DNA of 64,000 bases, taken from contig CBDFJR010000005.1 in NCBI GenBank assembly GCA_965248535.1, positions 800,001 to 864,000 of the forward strand, in the 5' to 3' direction. Numbering within the stretch: position 1 is the first letter of the stretch; the number at the start of each line of letters is the position of its first letter. The DNA comes from Phormidesmis sp. GTDB taxonomy: Bacteria > Cyanobacteriota > Cyanobacteriia > Leptolyngbyales > Leptolyngbyaceae. The translations under genes were made by a program, and so were the position numbers. Of the stretch, positions 48,657 through 58,769 are shown piece after piece. The notes beneath the pieces were generated by a model, which was not told where the DNA came from, made no database searches, and worked only from the letters and a program-made list of their open reading frames with translations.

Positions 48657-50573
48657 GTGTCGTCCAACACCCTTAGACAAGATCAACAGCAGAAGAAAGA
48701 CCCTGAATCTGCGCTTCAATTTGTGCAGACGGTTGGCAAGATCACAGGCGGCACCCTGCTGGGGCTGACTATGTTGAGCAGCGCGATCGTAGCAGGTGGG
48801 TTAGTCGGTCTCGCCATCAGCTTTCGCAATCTGCCCGATGTCAGGGTGCTGCGAACCTATACGCCCAGTGAAACGACGCATATTTATGACATTAAGGGCA
48901 AGCAGTTGGCCAGCATCCACGGCGAAGCCAATCGCGAAGTGGTGCCGCTTGACAAGATTTCACCCCACTTAAAACGAGCCGTAATCGCGATCGAAGACAG
49001 CTATTTTTATTCGCACCAGGGGGTCAACGCGGGCGCGATCGCACGAGCCTTTAGCCAAAACTTTAACCACGGGCGCACGGTCGAAGGGGGATCAACCCTG
49101 ACCATGCAGTTGGTCAAGAACCTGTTTCTCTCGCCCAAACGTGCCTTTAGCCGCAAAATCGCCGAAGCGGTGCTGGCTTTGCGAATCGAGCAGATCTTTA
49201 AAAAAGATCAGATCTTAGAACTCTATCTCAATCAGGTCTATTGGGGGCACAACACCTACGGTGTGCAGACCGCAGCCCAAACCTACTTTGCTAAATCTGC
49301 CTCAGAGTTAACTTTGGCAGAGTCGGCCATGATGGCAGGGTTGATTCAGTCTCCCGAATCTCTCAGCCCTTTGGTAGATCTCCCAGCCGCGACCCGCCGC
49401 CAGCACGATGTGCTGCACCGCATGGTGGAGTTGAAGTGGATCACGCCCCAAGAAGAAGCCACCGCCCGCAAACAACCCATCAAGCTCGGCAAGCGCACCT
49501 CTTTTCAGTCAAGTGAGATGCCTTATGTGACCGATGCCGTAGTGCAAGAGTTGACTAAGAAATTTGGGCGCGATGCCGTTCTCAAAGGCGGAATGCGAAT
49601 TCAAACCACGATCGACTCCAAGCTTCAGCGCATTGGCGAAGACACGGCCCGGCGCTGGATTCAGACCCTCAACTATCAAGGAGTCTATGCCGACCAGATG
49701 GCGATCGTGTCGGTCGATCCGCGCACTCACTTTATCAAAGCGATGGTGGGTGGCATTAACTATAAAAAGAGCCAATATAACCGGGCGATGCAGGCGCTGA
49801 GACAGCCAGGGTCTTCGTTTAAGCCGTTTGTCTATTACGCTGCTTTTGCATCGGGCAAATACACGCCTGATTCCACCGTCTACGATTCGCCTGTCAGCTA
49901 CCCCGACGGCTATGAGATGTATTCCCCTCGCAACTACGACGGCAGCTTTGCAGGCGCGATTACTATTCGCAAAGCGTTAGAAATTTCGCGCAACGTCCCG
50001 GCGGTGAAATTGGGACAAGAAGTGGGGTTGAACAAGGTCGTAGAAATCTGCCGCAGCATTGGCATTAAAAGCCCGATCGACCCCGTGATTTCTCTACCCT
50101 TAGGAGCCGTTGACCTAACCCCGTTAGAGATGGCAGGCGCTTATGCCACCTTTGCCAGCAACGGCTGGTATTCTGACCCGACGCTAATCGTGCAGGTGAC
50201 CGACAGCAGTGGCACTATGCTGCTTGACAACACACCTAAACCTCGTCTGGTGCTCGATTCGTGGTCGTCGGCTGCGCTTAACGACACGCTGCAAGGAGTT
50301 GTCTCGCGAGGCACTGCCACCGCCGCCCAGATTGGCCGTCCGGCTGCTGGCAAGACAGGCACCACATCGTCTGAGCGCGATATCTGGTTTGTGGGCTATG
50401 TGCCTCAGCTAGCGACTGCCGTTTGGGTGGGCAACGACGACTATAGACCCCTCGGCTATGGGGCCACAGGCGGCCACTTTGTCGCCCCGATCTGGCGCGA
50501 CTATATGCAGCAGGCCCTGCAAGGGGTGCCCGTTGAAAACTTTAAGCCCGCGTCAGACTTCGATCGCCCTTGA
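48657..50573 (+). CDS. Class A penicillin-binding protein (PBP1A family)
   Basis: Transglycosylase EDSYFYSH and GGSTLTMQL; transpeptidase SSFK, SRN and KTG. Confidence 0.95.
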   Translation: MSSNTLRQDQQQKKDPESALQFVQTVGKITGGTLLGLTMLSSAIVAGGLVGLAISFRNLPDVRVLRTYTPSETTHIYDIKGKQLASIHGEANREVVPLDKISPHLKRAVIAIEDSYFYSHQGVNAGAIARAFSQNFNHGRTVEGGSTLTMQLVKNLFLSPKRAFSRKIAEAVLALRIEQIFKKDQILELYLNQVYWGHNTYGVQTAAQTYFAKSASELTLAESAMMAGLIQSPESLSPLVDLPAATRRQHDVLHRMVELKWITPQEEATARKQPIKLGKRTSFQSSEMPYVTDAVVQELTKKFGRDAVLKGGMRIQTTIDSKLQRIGEDTARRWIQTLNYQGVYADQMAIVSVDPRTHFIKAMVGGINYKKSQYNRAMQALRQPGSSFKPFVYYAAFASGKYTPDSTVYDSPVSYPDGYEMYSPRNYDGSFAGAITIRKALEISRNVPAVKLGQEVGLNKVVEICRSIGIKSPIDPVISLPLGAVDLTPLEMAGAYATFASNGWYSDPTLIVQVTDSSGTMLLDNTPKPRLVLDSWSSAALNDTLQGVVSRGTATAAQIGRPAAGKTGTTSSERDIWFVGYVPQLATAVWVGNDDYRPLGYGATGGHFVAPIWRDYMQQALQGVPVENFKPASDFDRP

Positions 50574-50580
50574 TCCCAAG

Positions 50581-50607
50581 CCTCCGAGTTCTCCAAGAAC
50601 TCGGAGG
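50581..50607. terminator. Perfect 12-bp hairpin between convergent genes (bidirectional terminator or small repeat)
   Basis: CCTCCGAGTTCT-CCA-AGAACTCGGAGG. Confidence 0.65.
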
Positions 50608-50622
50608 TTTGAACGAGGTTGC

Positions 50623-50937
50623 TCATTCGACTTCTCGTTTCATTCGTTCTAGCGTCAAGTTCATCTGGTCAAACATCTGTTGGGGCGTGATGCCAAACTG
50701 ACCTAGTTGAGTTTTAAGCTGCTCGACCGTCATTTGGGCTGAGAAGTCTTCTGATAGCTCAAACCGCTTCATGAAGACTTTGTAGCGATCCATCATCGCT
50801 TCCATTTGCTCGATGTACATTTTTTTGCCTTCGCGATCGAACTTGCCATAGCTACTTCCCAACTGGGTTAGCGATTGGTAGTCTTCAAACAGTCGCTTGG
50901 CTTCTTGTTGAACAATTTCAGAATCGAAAAATCCCAT
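50623..50937 (-). CDS. DUF1825 family protein
   Basis: MGFFDSEIVQQEAK...YGKFDREGKK...KRFELSEDF. Confidence 0.85.
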   Translation of the reverse strand: MGFFDSEIVQQEAKRLFEDYQSLTQLGSSYGKFDREGKKMYIEQMEAMMDRYKVFMKRFELSEDFSAQMTVEQLKTQLGQFGITPQQMFDQMNLTLERMKREVE

Positions 50938-51050
50938 CGCTCTCATTGCCTGAATATCTCAATTCGTTAAAAACTTGAATAGCCCGTAATGATCACTATT
51001 TTAAGTCAGCGACTTGATCGGGTTAAGTAGTGTTTCCACTACCGTCTCTT

Positions 51051-51980
51051 CTAGGGGCGACGAAAGATTCCAAACAAGCCGCCGCGCTTCTCTTCTTTGC
51101 CGAGGGGTCTAGAAGTCGGGGGCAGATGAGAAAGGGCAGCCCCGTCTAGCTTAAGCTTGGGGGCCAGGTTTGACGCTAGCGGATCTTTGGGGTTAAGCTC
51201 AAGCGCTCGCCGAACATGGGCTTTTGCCATTCCTAGCATTTTTTGGCGGAGATAGGAGTAGCCCAGCAGGGCATGATATTCTGCCCGATTTGGCTCCATT
51301 TTTACAGCGTCTTTCAACTCTGAGATCGCCTGTGCCCATTCTTCTCGCTTCACATATTCCTGCGATCGCTCATAGTGACGACGGGCATAATCAGGCTGCA
51401 CTACGTCAGCTTTGCTAAATAAGTCAACGGATGGGGTCGATGACATTTCAGATGCGACGGCCACCACACCCTGTCGCTTTTCTCGAAAAAACACATCGCC
51501 CATCTTTAGCTGTAGATAGACCAGATTTAGCTCGTTGATCTGCTGAGTAATGGTTTCAAAGTGCTCTAGCGGTTGATATTGCATCTCAGCTAGCTTTGCG
51601 ATCGCTTGTTCATAAAACACATCGGCTTCTTGCACCGGACGGCGCATCAACTCGCGTGCCGTTTCCCCTTGGGGCACCAGAGCCGAGTCGCGCACTAGTT
51701 TTCGCACTTTAAACCGCAGCATAGCGACCGCTTCGGTGCGTCCTTTTTCTTGTTTGACCTTTTGATAGGAGGGGTTGACCAACCGGGCAAACATTTGGGT
51801 CGCAAGCTCTGCGATCGTGGAGTCAGTTGACCCATAGCTGTCAGGATGCAAGAGCTTGGCAACCGATCGATAGCGCTTTAAGACTCGCCGATCATCGGCT
51901 GCGACAGAAACACCCAGCACAGCATAGGGGTCTGACAATTTGTTCAACCAGTCTGGCGAGAAGGAACTCTGGGTCATCAA
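51051..51980 (-). CDS. J-domain co-chaperone with C-terminal TPR
   Basis: DPYAVLGV...LHPD; TPR pair near the C-terminus. Confidence 0.88.
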   Translation of the reverse strand: MMTQSSFSPDWLNKLSDPYAVLGVSVAADDRRVLKRYRSVAKLLHPDSYGSTDSTIAELATQMFARLVNPSYQKVKQEKGRTEAVAMLRFKVRKLVRDSALVPQGETARELMRRPVQEADVFYEQAIAKLAEMQYQPLEHFETITQQINELNLVYLQLKMGDVFFREKRQGVVAVASEMSSTPSVDLFSKADVVQPDYARRHYERSQEYVKREEWAQAISELKDAVKMEPNRAEYHALLGYSYLRQKMLGMAKAHVRRALELNPKDPLASNLAPKLKLDGAALSHLPPTSRPLGKEEKRGGLFGIFRRP

Positions 51981-52215
51981 TCGTCAGTCCTTAACCATCA
52001 AACAAATCTATTTCAAACGTTCTCGCATCACAGCTTGGGCTGACAACGTGCGATCGTGCTCCAGAGACTAAAAAACACCTGTATTCTTTATAGTGAAATA
52101 GACCTATTTACACAAGCGTAGACGAAAAGTTTTACCGACCTGCGGGCACGTCAGCGATCGGTGTAAATTAAAGGCATATAGAGGCAACAACCCTGATGAG
52201 AAGAACTTCTGGCAG

Positions 52216-52710
52216 ATGTCTCCGCCAAGCCCATACTCCACTGTACTCAATATTGTGCGCTCTATGCCAGTCAAAACCGGAGAATTCACGCTTGAAATGT
52301 TCCGTCAGCCGAGAAGTCGAAAAGTTGCTGCACTGCTAGCGCTGGCGGGCGTTGCACCGCTGCCGCTTTTTGGCGTGTCGCTGCACTTGGTCGGGCTGCA
52401 CAAATTCTATCTGGGGCAAAAATGGTGGGGGCTTTTGTATATTTTGTTTGCGACCACCCCGATCGCCGCGATCGCCGGAGTCATCGAAGCCGTTTGGTAT
52501 CTGATTCAAGACCCCAATGAGTTTGACCAAAATTTTAACGATGGGTCAGCAGAGTCAGCGACGATCAACACAGGTGCCCCTATCGTGGCTGAAAAAGTGG
52601 TAACGATCGCCGAAGCGATGCGCCATTTAGATGAACTGCGGCAAGATGGATTAATCACAGACTATGAGTTTGAGCAAAAGCGACGGCAATTGCTCGATCG
52701 CATTCACTAG
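52216..52710 (+). CDS. TM2/NINE domain membrane protein with SHOCT domain
   Basis: GLHKFYLG motif; LDELRQDGLITDYEFEQKRRQLL; true start may be downstream. Confidence 0.8.
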   Translation: MSPPSPYSTVLNIVRSMPVKTGEFTLEMFRQPRSRKVAALLALAGVAPLPLFGVSLHLVGLHKFYLGQKWWGLLYILFATTPIAAIAGVIEAVWYLIQDPNEFDQNFNDGSAESATINTGAPIVAEKVVTIAEAMRHLDELRQDGLITDYEFEQKRRQLLDRIH

Positions 52711-52721
52711 AGCGAGTTTGG

Positions 52722-53366
52722 ATGGCTTTTTTAAACTGGTTATCAGCCTTAAAAGGGCAGGGGCGATCGCTTAAATCACGCCTCCGCAACGATCCTTACT
52801 ACCGATTTGAGTCTTTAGACGAGATTCGGCTGGCGGTTTCTCTGGGCATCAAAATCGATGTGCAGCAAGCGTCTATAGACGACTGGCTGAGGCTGCCGGG
52901 GCTGTCAATTCATCAGGCCCGACTGCTGACCCAACTCTCTAACGCAGGCGTTCAGTTCTATTGTGTTGAAGATATCGCTGCCGCCTTGGGGCTTTCAATT
53001 CAGCGCCTCAAGCCTTTGGAATCGATCTTGCAATTTTGCTACTACCCCCCTGAGAGTCTCTATCTGATTCAGCGCGTCAACCCCAACACGGCTTCAATCG
53101 AGGCGTTAGGGCACATTCCGGGCATCAAGCCTGTTTTGGCTAGAACGATCGTTCAAAATCGCTTGACTGCGTAATGGAAAAGGTGGGGGATGAAAGCCAG
53201 GGCGATGGAGCGTAGCGGAATCGCCAATCTCTCGGAACTCTCCACAAAGCATCATGGTATGCTTGCATTGGTCGTTGACCCACCCACATGGCTGAAAACA
53301 AAAGGCAGCGGTTGGCTTTGCCTCAGCCAAATCACGACTCATTTGATGCACTATCTCAGCTTTTAA
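52722..53366 (+). pseudogene. ComEA-like helix-hairpin-helix DNA-binding gene, truncated at 53174 by an inserted segment
   Basis: HhH motifs WLRLPGL and VNPNTAS...HIPGI; stop at 53172-53174; apparent native tail (QRLAL / QITTHLMHYLSF*) at 53306-53366. Confidence 0.6.
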
Positions 53367-53401
53367 TTGCTAGATTGGGTTTGGGAGATGAGCAATCAAC
53401 G

Positions 53402-54115
53402 CTACTCGCCGCGAATCTCATCTAGCTTCGATCGCACTGCCTGAATGTCTTGCCACATCAACCATTTAGGACTGCCCTGATCGCGTGACTGATTTCGCAG
53501 CAGATAAGCTGGGTGAAAGATCGGCATATATAACCGTCCGTCGCGCTCGATCCACTGACCGCGAACTTTGGTGATGCCTTGTTTAATGCCCACTAAATTT
53601 TTCATCGCCGTTGCCCCAGTCAGCAAAATAATCTTGGGGTCAACCAAGCGAATTTGTTCGAGTAGATAGCCCTTGCAGGCTTCGGCTTCGTCGGCTGAAG
53701 GAGTCCGGTTTTCAGGGGGGCGACACTTGACCACATTGCAGATGAAGATATCTTCTTCAACCGTTAGCTTCACCGATTCTAAAATCTTGTCTAAGAGTTG
53801 ACCCGATTTGCCCACAAACGGCAGCCCGGTTTCATCCTCGGTTTGTCCGGGGCCTTCGCCCACAATCATGATCGGGGCCTTTAGATTGCCTCGCCCCACG
53901 ACCGCATGAGTCCGATTTTCGCCTAAGGCGCAGCGCTGACACTGATTGCAGTGGTTGCCCATCTGCTCCATAGTCTGATAAGTGCCGATCGGAATCGGAA
54001 TCTTGGCACTCGTCGGAATCAAATTAGGATCAAAATCTTTGGCAATCTCTTTGGGGGCGACTGGCTCTAGGCTAGATCCCAAATCAAATAAACTAATCTG
54101 TTCTTCGTTAACCAT
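53402..54115 (-). CDS. Uracil-DNA glycosylase, family 4 (Fe-S)
   Basis: CNQCQRC, VGEGPG, PFVGKSG, VVKCRPPENR and FHPAYLLR motifs. Confidence 0.93.
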   Translation of the reverse strand: MVNEEQISLFDLGSSLEPVAPKEIAKDFDPNLIPTSAKIPIPIGTYQTMEQMGNHCNQCQRCALGENRTHAVVGRGNLKAPIMIVGEGPGQTEDETGLPFVGKSGQLLDKILESVKLTVEEDIFICNVVKCRPPENRTPSADEAEACKGYLLEQIRLVDPKIILLTGATAMKNLVGIKQGITKVRGQWIERDGRLYMPIFHPAYLLRNQSRDQGSPKWLMWQDIQAVRSKLDEIRGE

Positions 54116-54273
54116 GAATTGACAGGCAGGACGTTCGCTTTATAGATTCTAGGTTGAAAGCATGGGGTTGAGGGCGATCGTGAGAAATAGTTTTGGGCCG
54201 AGTTACTAAACCCAAACCTCAAACGAAATGAACTTTGCCATCATAAAAGAAAGCCGCCGTCCAGCAGGAGGAA

Positions 54274-54960
54274 GTGATGCCCCTTTCTCAGTTGTTTTCA
54301 GGATCGGGAAACGCGATCATTTTTGTCGATCGCCTCAATGCCGGAGCAAAACTAGCTCAAGCCGTGTTAGCCGAAGCGCAAACGCTGCCAGACTCTACAA
54401 AGTTTGTGGTGTATGCCCTGCCGCGGGGTGGGTTGCCTGTGGCAGCGCCTGTGGCTCGTGCGCTGGGTTGCCCGCTAGATGTGATTGTGGCCAAAAAAAT
54501 TACGCGCCCTGAAAATTCAGAACTGGCGATCGGAGCCGTGACTGCTGATGGGCAGGTGCTCTGGCTCAAACCTGCGTCTTCTGATCAAGAACCAGAGCGC
54601 CAAGACCTGCTGCTAATGGCTCAAAAAAAGGCGCAAGCGCAGTTGGCTCAATTTGGCGACCGTCCGGTCATTGACCCTGAAGGCGCGATCGCGCTCCTCG
54701 TCGATGATGGCATCGCCACCGGAATGACGATGGCGGTGGCGGTGAAAGCCCTGCAAACTCGCAACCCGCTAGAGATTTGGGTCTGTGCGCCCGTGGCTCC
54801 TCAAGAACTGGCAACTTCTCTCAATCTTGAGGGCGCAAACCGAACCATCATTCTCGCGACCCCTCACCCATTTTGGAGTGTGAGCCGATTTTATCAAGTG
54901 TTCACCCAGGTCGAAACGGACGAAGCACTTGCTTGTTTGCAAAATTTCTATAAAAATTAA
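54274..54960 (+). CDS. Phosphoribosyltransferase family protein
   Basis: ALPRGG and LVDDGIATG (PRPP loop). Confidence 0.88.
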   Translation: MMPLSQLFSGSGNAIIFVDRLNAGAKLAQAVLAEAQTLPDSTKFVVYALPRGGLPVAAPVARALGCPLDVIVAKKITRPENSELAIGAVTADGQVLWLKPASSDQEPERQDLLLMAQKKAQAQLAQFGDRPVIDPEGAIALLVDDGIATGMTMAVAVKALQTRNPLEIWVCAPVAPQELATSLNLEGANRTIILATPHPFWSVSRFYQVFTQVETDEALACLQNFYKN

Positions 54961-55053
54961 ATCTCCTGCCTGAGTCGATTTTGCTTCTCTATTGAAGGGG
55001 GAGAGATGTTTAGAATTCACGCAGGGGTCAATACCCTTAGGAGATAACAACTT

Positions 55054-55350
55054 GTGATCAGGTGGCAGCACGTTTGGAACACGCTGGCGACTTTAGGACG
55101 CTACAACCCGCCTCAGTTGGTTGAAACTCTGATGCTCACCCTATCAATGGTGTTGTTTGTCGTCTGGATGGTCAACCCAGAAACCCCTTATTTGCTGCTG
55201 GGGTTGATCTATACGATCGGGGCCTGTGCCTCTATTTTGGTCAGAGAATCCCTGATTCCATCGCCCCGGCCGCGACCGACCCAAATGGCGGCAACAGTGC
55301 TGCTCGTCGTCAGTTTATATGGCTGTGCTGACCTGATTTTCTCGCTCTAA
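55054..55350 (+). CDS. Small membrane hypothetical protein
   Basis: AGGAG RBS with GTG start; three hydrophobic segments; 3' end overlaps hpsP by 36 bp. Confidence 0.6.
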   Translation: MIRWQHVWNTLATLGRYNPPQLVETLMLTLSMVLFVVWMVNPETPYLLLGLIYTIGACASILVRESLIPSPRPRPTQMAATVLLVVSLYGCADLIFSL

Positions 55351-56508
55351 AATCTGCGAATAAGCCTCGATCATCTGTTGAGCGATCGTGTCCCAGCTAT
55401 AAAATTTTTGAGCGTGAATTTGAGCGTTGTGGCCTCGGCGCTGTTGCTCAAGGCGATCGCTCAGGGCTATTCTCAAAGTTGCCGTCAGTGACTCAACGGT
55501 GCAGGCGCTTACCCAACCCGCCTCAGACTGCTGAATGTCTTGCCAGATGTGCACCTGATCAGAAATCACGACGGGCGTGCGGGCTGCCATCGCTTCGGCC
55601 ACGGCAATGCCAAAATTTTCATAATAAGAAGGCAACACAAATAAATCAGCTTGCTGAAGCAGAGCAGCTTTATCACCGCCAGAGATAAAGCCAGTCAGGG
55701 TGCTGCGATCGCGCAAGGCTGACCCGTGAATCTGACCCCGAATCTTCGCTTCATAAGCGGGATCTTGAGGATTTGCACCTGCTAGCACAAAGTGAAAGTC
55801 TTGCCCTTCGTCTGCTAACCGCTCTAGAGCCGGAATCAGCAAATCTAGTCCCTTTTTAGGTTCGATGCGTGACAAAAAAAGCAGCAGAGGACGCGCCTTG
55901 GGCAGATTGTAGAGGTCGCGAAACGCCGCATCAGATGGTCTAGGGAGGGTTACGCCTAGGGGAATCACTAGATCGGGGGGTGAGGTGCCAAAGCGATCGG
56001 AGATTTTGGCTTCTTGATCGCTCGTGAAGTGAAGGGCAGCGGCTCCGGCTAGGTTGGGACGCTCTAACAGCGCCGCATAGAGCTTTTTAAGATGACGTTT
56101 TTTCTGCAAATCAGCCGGGTCGAGGGTGCCCAACGGCCGCAGGATATAGGGCAATTTTTGGTGTCTGGCCACGATCGCGGCAGCCGTGCTCACGGGTGAA
56201 AACAGCGCGTGAATATGCACCAAATCGTAGCGATGACTGTGGTGAGCCAACCATCGCAGCAGCTTGAGCGAAAACTTATAGCGACGAAACGGCGAACAGC
56301 GAAAGTAGTAAACTTCATAGCCATCTTGCTGGACGGGCACCTCTAACGGCACGTCTAAGGGCGCTTGCCCGGTGTCGCCATTTGAGTCGGTTGTGAGCAC
56401 CGTGACCTCAATGCCAGCCATGGACAGCGCCGACGATAGCCCCATCACCATTTGGCTAGGGCCGCCATAAATTAAGGCAATAGAAGGAACGACGTGCAAA
56501 ACTCGCAT
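55315..56508 (-). CDS. hpsP: GT4 glycosyltransferase, HpsP-like (hormogonium polysaccharide)
   Basis: YGGPSQMV, HIHALFSP and PSYYENFGIAVAEAM motifs; operon position. Confidence 0.75.
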   Translation of the reverse strand: MRVLHVVPSIALIYGGPSQMVMGLSSALSMAGIEVTVLTTDSNGDTGQAPLDVPLEVPVQQDGYEVYYFRCSPFRRYKFSLKLLRWLAHHSHRYDLVHIHALFSPVSTAAAIVARHQKLPYILRPLGTLDPADLQKKRHLKKLYAALLERPNLAGAAALHFTSDQEAKISDRFGTSPPDLVIPLGVTLPRPSDAAFRDLYNLPKARPLLLFLSRIEPKKGLDLLIPALERLADEGQDFHFVLAGANPQDPAYEAKIRGQIHGSALRDRSTLTGFISGGDKAALLQQADLFVLPSYYENFGIAVAEAMAARTPVVISDQVHIWQDIQQSEAGWVSACTVESLTATLRIALSDRLEQQRRGHNAQIHAQKFYSWDTIAQQMIEAYSQILERENQVSTAI

Positions 56509-56518
56509 AGGAAAGAAT

Positions 56519-57691
56519 TTAGATAGTGTGCAGGTCGCGATAGAAGCTCAGTAATTCTTTAGCAAGGGCGTGATTAGTGTAGTGGGCGATCGCTCGTTGA
56601 TAGCCACGCTGCCCCATGTCTCTCGCATAGTCTGGCTGGTCGATTAGCTGAGTCAGACGATCGCTCAACGCAGCTACATTTCCTTCTGGAAAGACTAGCC
56701 CTGCTTTGCCAATCACATTGGGAATCTCACCCGAATCAGAGCCAATCACAGGCACCTGACAGGCCATTGCCTCGATCAAGACATGCCCAAATTGCTCTTT
56801 CCAGCCAGATGAGGTGAGAGTTTTGAACTGGGGAGCCGTTTCGGAGGGCAACACCAACGCATTCATCACGTTGATATAGCGAAACACGTCAGCGTGAGGA
56901 ACGCTTTCGACCCAGATCAAGCGATCGCGCACTCCCGCTTGTTTGGCCTGCTCCAGCAGCGTTTCTTTCAACGCTCCCCGTCCTAATAAGAGCAGTTTCC
57001 AGGGACGATCGTTGAGATTGACCAAGGCTTTGATCAAGGTCAGCAACCCTTTTTCTTCGACAAATCGCCCCACAAATCCGACGACAAAATCAGCGGGCTG
57101 AAGCCCTAATTGGGCGCGAAGTTTTGGTTGAGACTGAGGTTGAAACAGCCGCTCATCGACTCCCAATTGGGGCATGACTCGCAGCGCTTTGTGATAGCCT
57201 CGCTGCCGCAAAACCTCGGCTCCGTCTTGGTTGCCCACGATCGCGCCATCGGTGTGACGCAGATTGTAGTTCTCTAGCTGCAAAACCGGAAATTTTAGCG
57301 TGTAGGGTAAATTCCACCAGGTAAAAAATAAGTTTTTTGCCTTCAGTCCAAGAAACTGATTCAACGTGATCATCTGAGCATAGGCCAGGGATTTAGCCCC
57401 TTGCTCAACTTGAATGATCTGTGGTCGAAACTCTCGCATCAAGGCGATCAGGTCAGAGCCAAACGTAAGCAGCCCCTGATTATTTTGGCTGAAATTAGAG
57501 ACAGGAACCACCCGAAAAGAGCCGTCTTGCCGAAAGCGAGTTTCCACGATTTCTTTCATGACTCCTCCTGGTTTCCAGCGTTGAGGAACCACGATCGTGA
57601 CTTCAATTCCCGGTTCTAAGTTGGCTAAAACGCGCAGTTTTTCGCAATTTAAATCGACGATATAAGAATGGCTAGCCACCAAGATTCTCAC
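56519..57691 (-). CDS. hpsO: GT4 glycosyltransferase, HpsO-like
   Basis: MRILVASHSYIVDLNCEKL and WKEQFGHVLIEAMAC. Confidence 0.78.
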   Translation of the reverse strand: MRILVASHSYIVDLNCEKLRVLANLEPGIEVTIVVPQRWKPGGVMKEIVETRFRQDGSFRVVPVSNFSQNNQGLLTFGSDLIALMREFRPQIIQVEQGAKSLAYAQMITLNQFLGLKAKNLFFTWWNLPYTLKFPVLQLENYNLRHTDGAIVGNQDGAEVLRQRGYHKALRVMPQLGVDERLFQPQSQPKLRAQLGLQPADFVVGFVGRFVEEKGLLTLIKALVNLNDRPWKLLLLGRGALKETLLEQAKQAGVRDRLIWVESVPHADVFRYINVMNALVLPSETAPQFKTLTSSGWKEQFGHVLIEAMACQVPVIGSDSGEIPNVIGKAGLVFPEGNVAALSDRLTQLIDQPDYARDMGQRGYQRAIAHYTNHALAKELLSFYRDLHTI

Positions 57692-58668
57692 AAAGTCACC
57701 TCAGAAGATGCGTGGCTATCAACCTGATGGTTGGGCGATCGCAGCACCGTTTTCAGCGCCGCCAAAAATCCGAGACTATAGAAGCCAAACCGAGACACGA
57801 CTTTGATCGGTGAACCGCTTTTGTGGCAAGGCGGACGACCCAAAACGTGACAGTCAAACAGCCGCAGGAAAAACTGCGAAGCCTGCCAGACCGTGAGGTT
57901 TTTAAACCCCATCAAAAAATGATTGTGATAAAACGTGATTTGATAGTGGAGCGATCGGGTGCTGATGTCATGACAGCCCCCCGTTTCTTCGCCGAGATGG
58001 ATCAGATGTGCCGCTGGGTCATACCAAATCATCAAGCCCGTTTTGCGAAGGCGTAAGCAAAAGTCTGATTCTTCTCGCACGGCGCTGCCCCGAAACCGTT
58101 CGTCAAACCAAAGGCCGTGCTGCTCAAAAATCTCGCGCCGAAACGACATATTGCAGCCTCTGGCACTCAACACCTGCTGCGGCTTGACGGTGTGGACGAG
58201 ATTAATGTGATACCACGCGATCCCCGGATTCATCGCTTCGGGCGGCAAATCTTGGATCTCTAGACCCGACTCAAAATCGGCTAACTTCATGCGATCGAAG
58301 ACTCGCCCCGCCACGGCCCCAATCTCTGGTCTATCGAGATAGTTTTTAGCATGAGCCGTCAAAAACGTGGGTTCTAATTGCACATCGTCATCTAAAAACA
58401 GCAGAATCTCACCCAGCGATCGCCGAACTGCGTAGTTTCTCGCGCCCGGCAAACTAGCCCAACTGACCCAAAACAGCCGAATCTTGCCAGCAGCGGCCAA
58501 CTCATCTAAAAAGCTTTGAGTCTCTGGCTGATGCGCTCGCGTTTGATCAACCACCAACACTTCAAAATTAGGATAATCCTGGTTTAAAACACCCAGCAGC
58601 GTCTCTCGAAGCGGCTCTTCGCGCCCATAGGTGGGGATGATCACAGAAATCAGGGGGCAATTCATCAA
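57688..58668 (-). CDS. hpsN: GT2 glycosyltransferase, HpsN-like
   Basis: SVIIPTY, FLDDD, RGCNMSFR and REESDFC motifs. Confidence 0.78.
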   Translation of the reverse strand: MMNCPLISVIIPTYGREEPLRETLLGVLNQDYPNFEVLVVDQTRAHQPETQSFLDELAAAGKIRLFWVSWASLPGARNYAVRRSLGEILLFLDDDVQLEPTFLTAHAKNYLDRPEIGAVAGRVFDRMKLADFESGLEIQDLPPEAMNPGIAWYHINLVHTVKPQQVLSARGCNMSFRREIFEQHGLWFDERFRGSAVREESDFCLRLRKTGLMIWYDPAAHLIHLGEETGGCHDISTRSLHYQITFYHNHFLMGFKNLTVWQASQFFLRLFDCHVLGRPPCHKSGSPIKVVSRFGFYSLGFLAALKTVLRSPNHQVDSHASSEVTL

Positions 58669-58769
58669 ACAATAGCCAGGAAGTATGATTTATCATTCCC
58701 CCCTGTAGGGGAACGGCACCGCTGTGCTCACCAGCTTTATTATGAGAGAAATCGCCCTCAAAAATCTGC

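Noticed and set aside
58690..58705. SigJ-type promoter (GGGAATACT-like) upstream of hpsN
   Set aside because: Only a partial match (GGGAATGAT), and it abuts a degenerate REP-like unit
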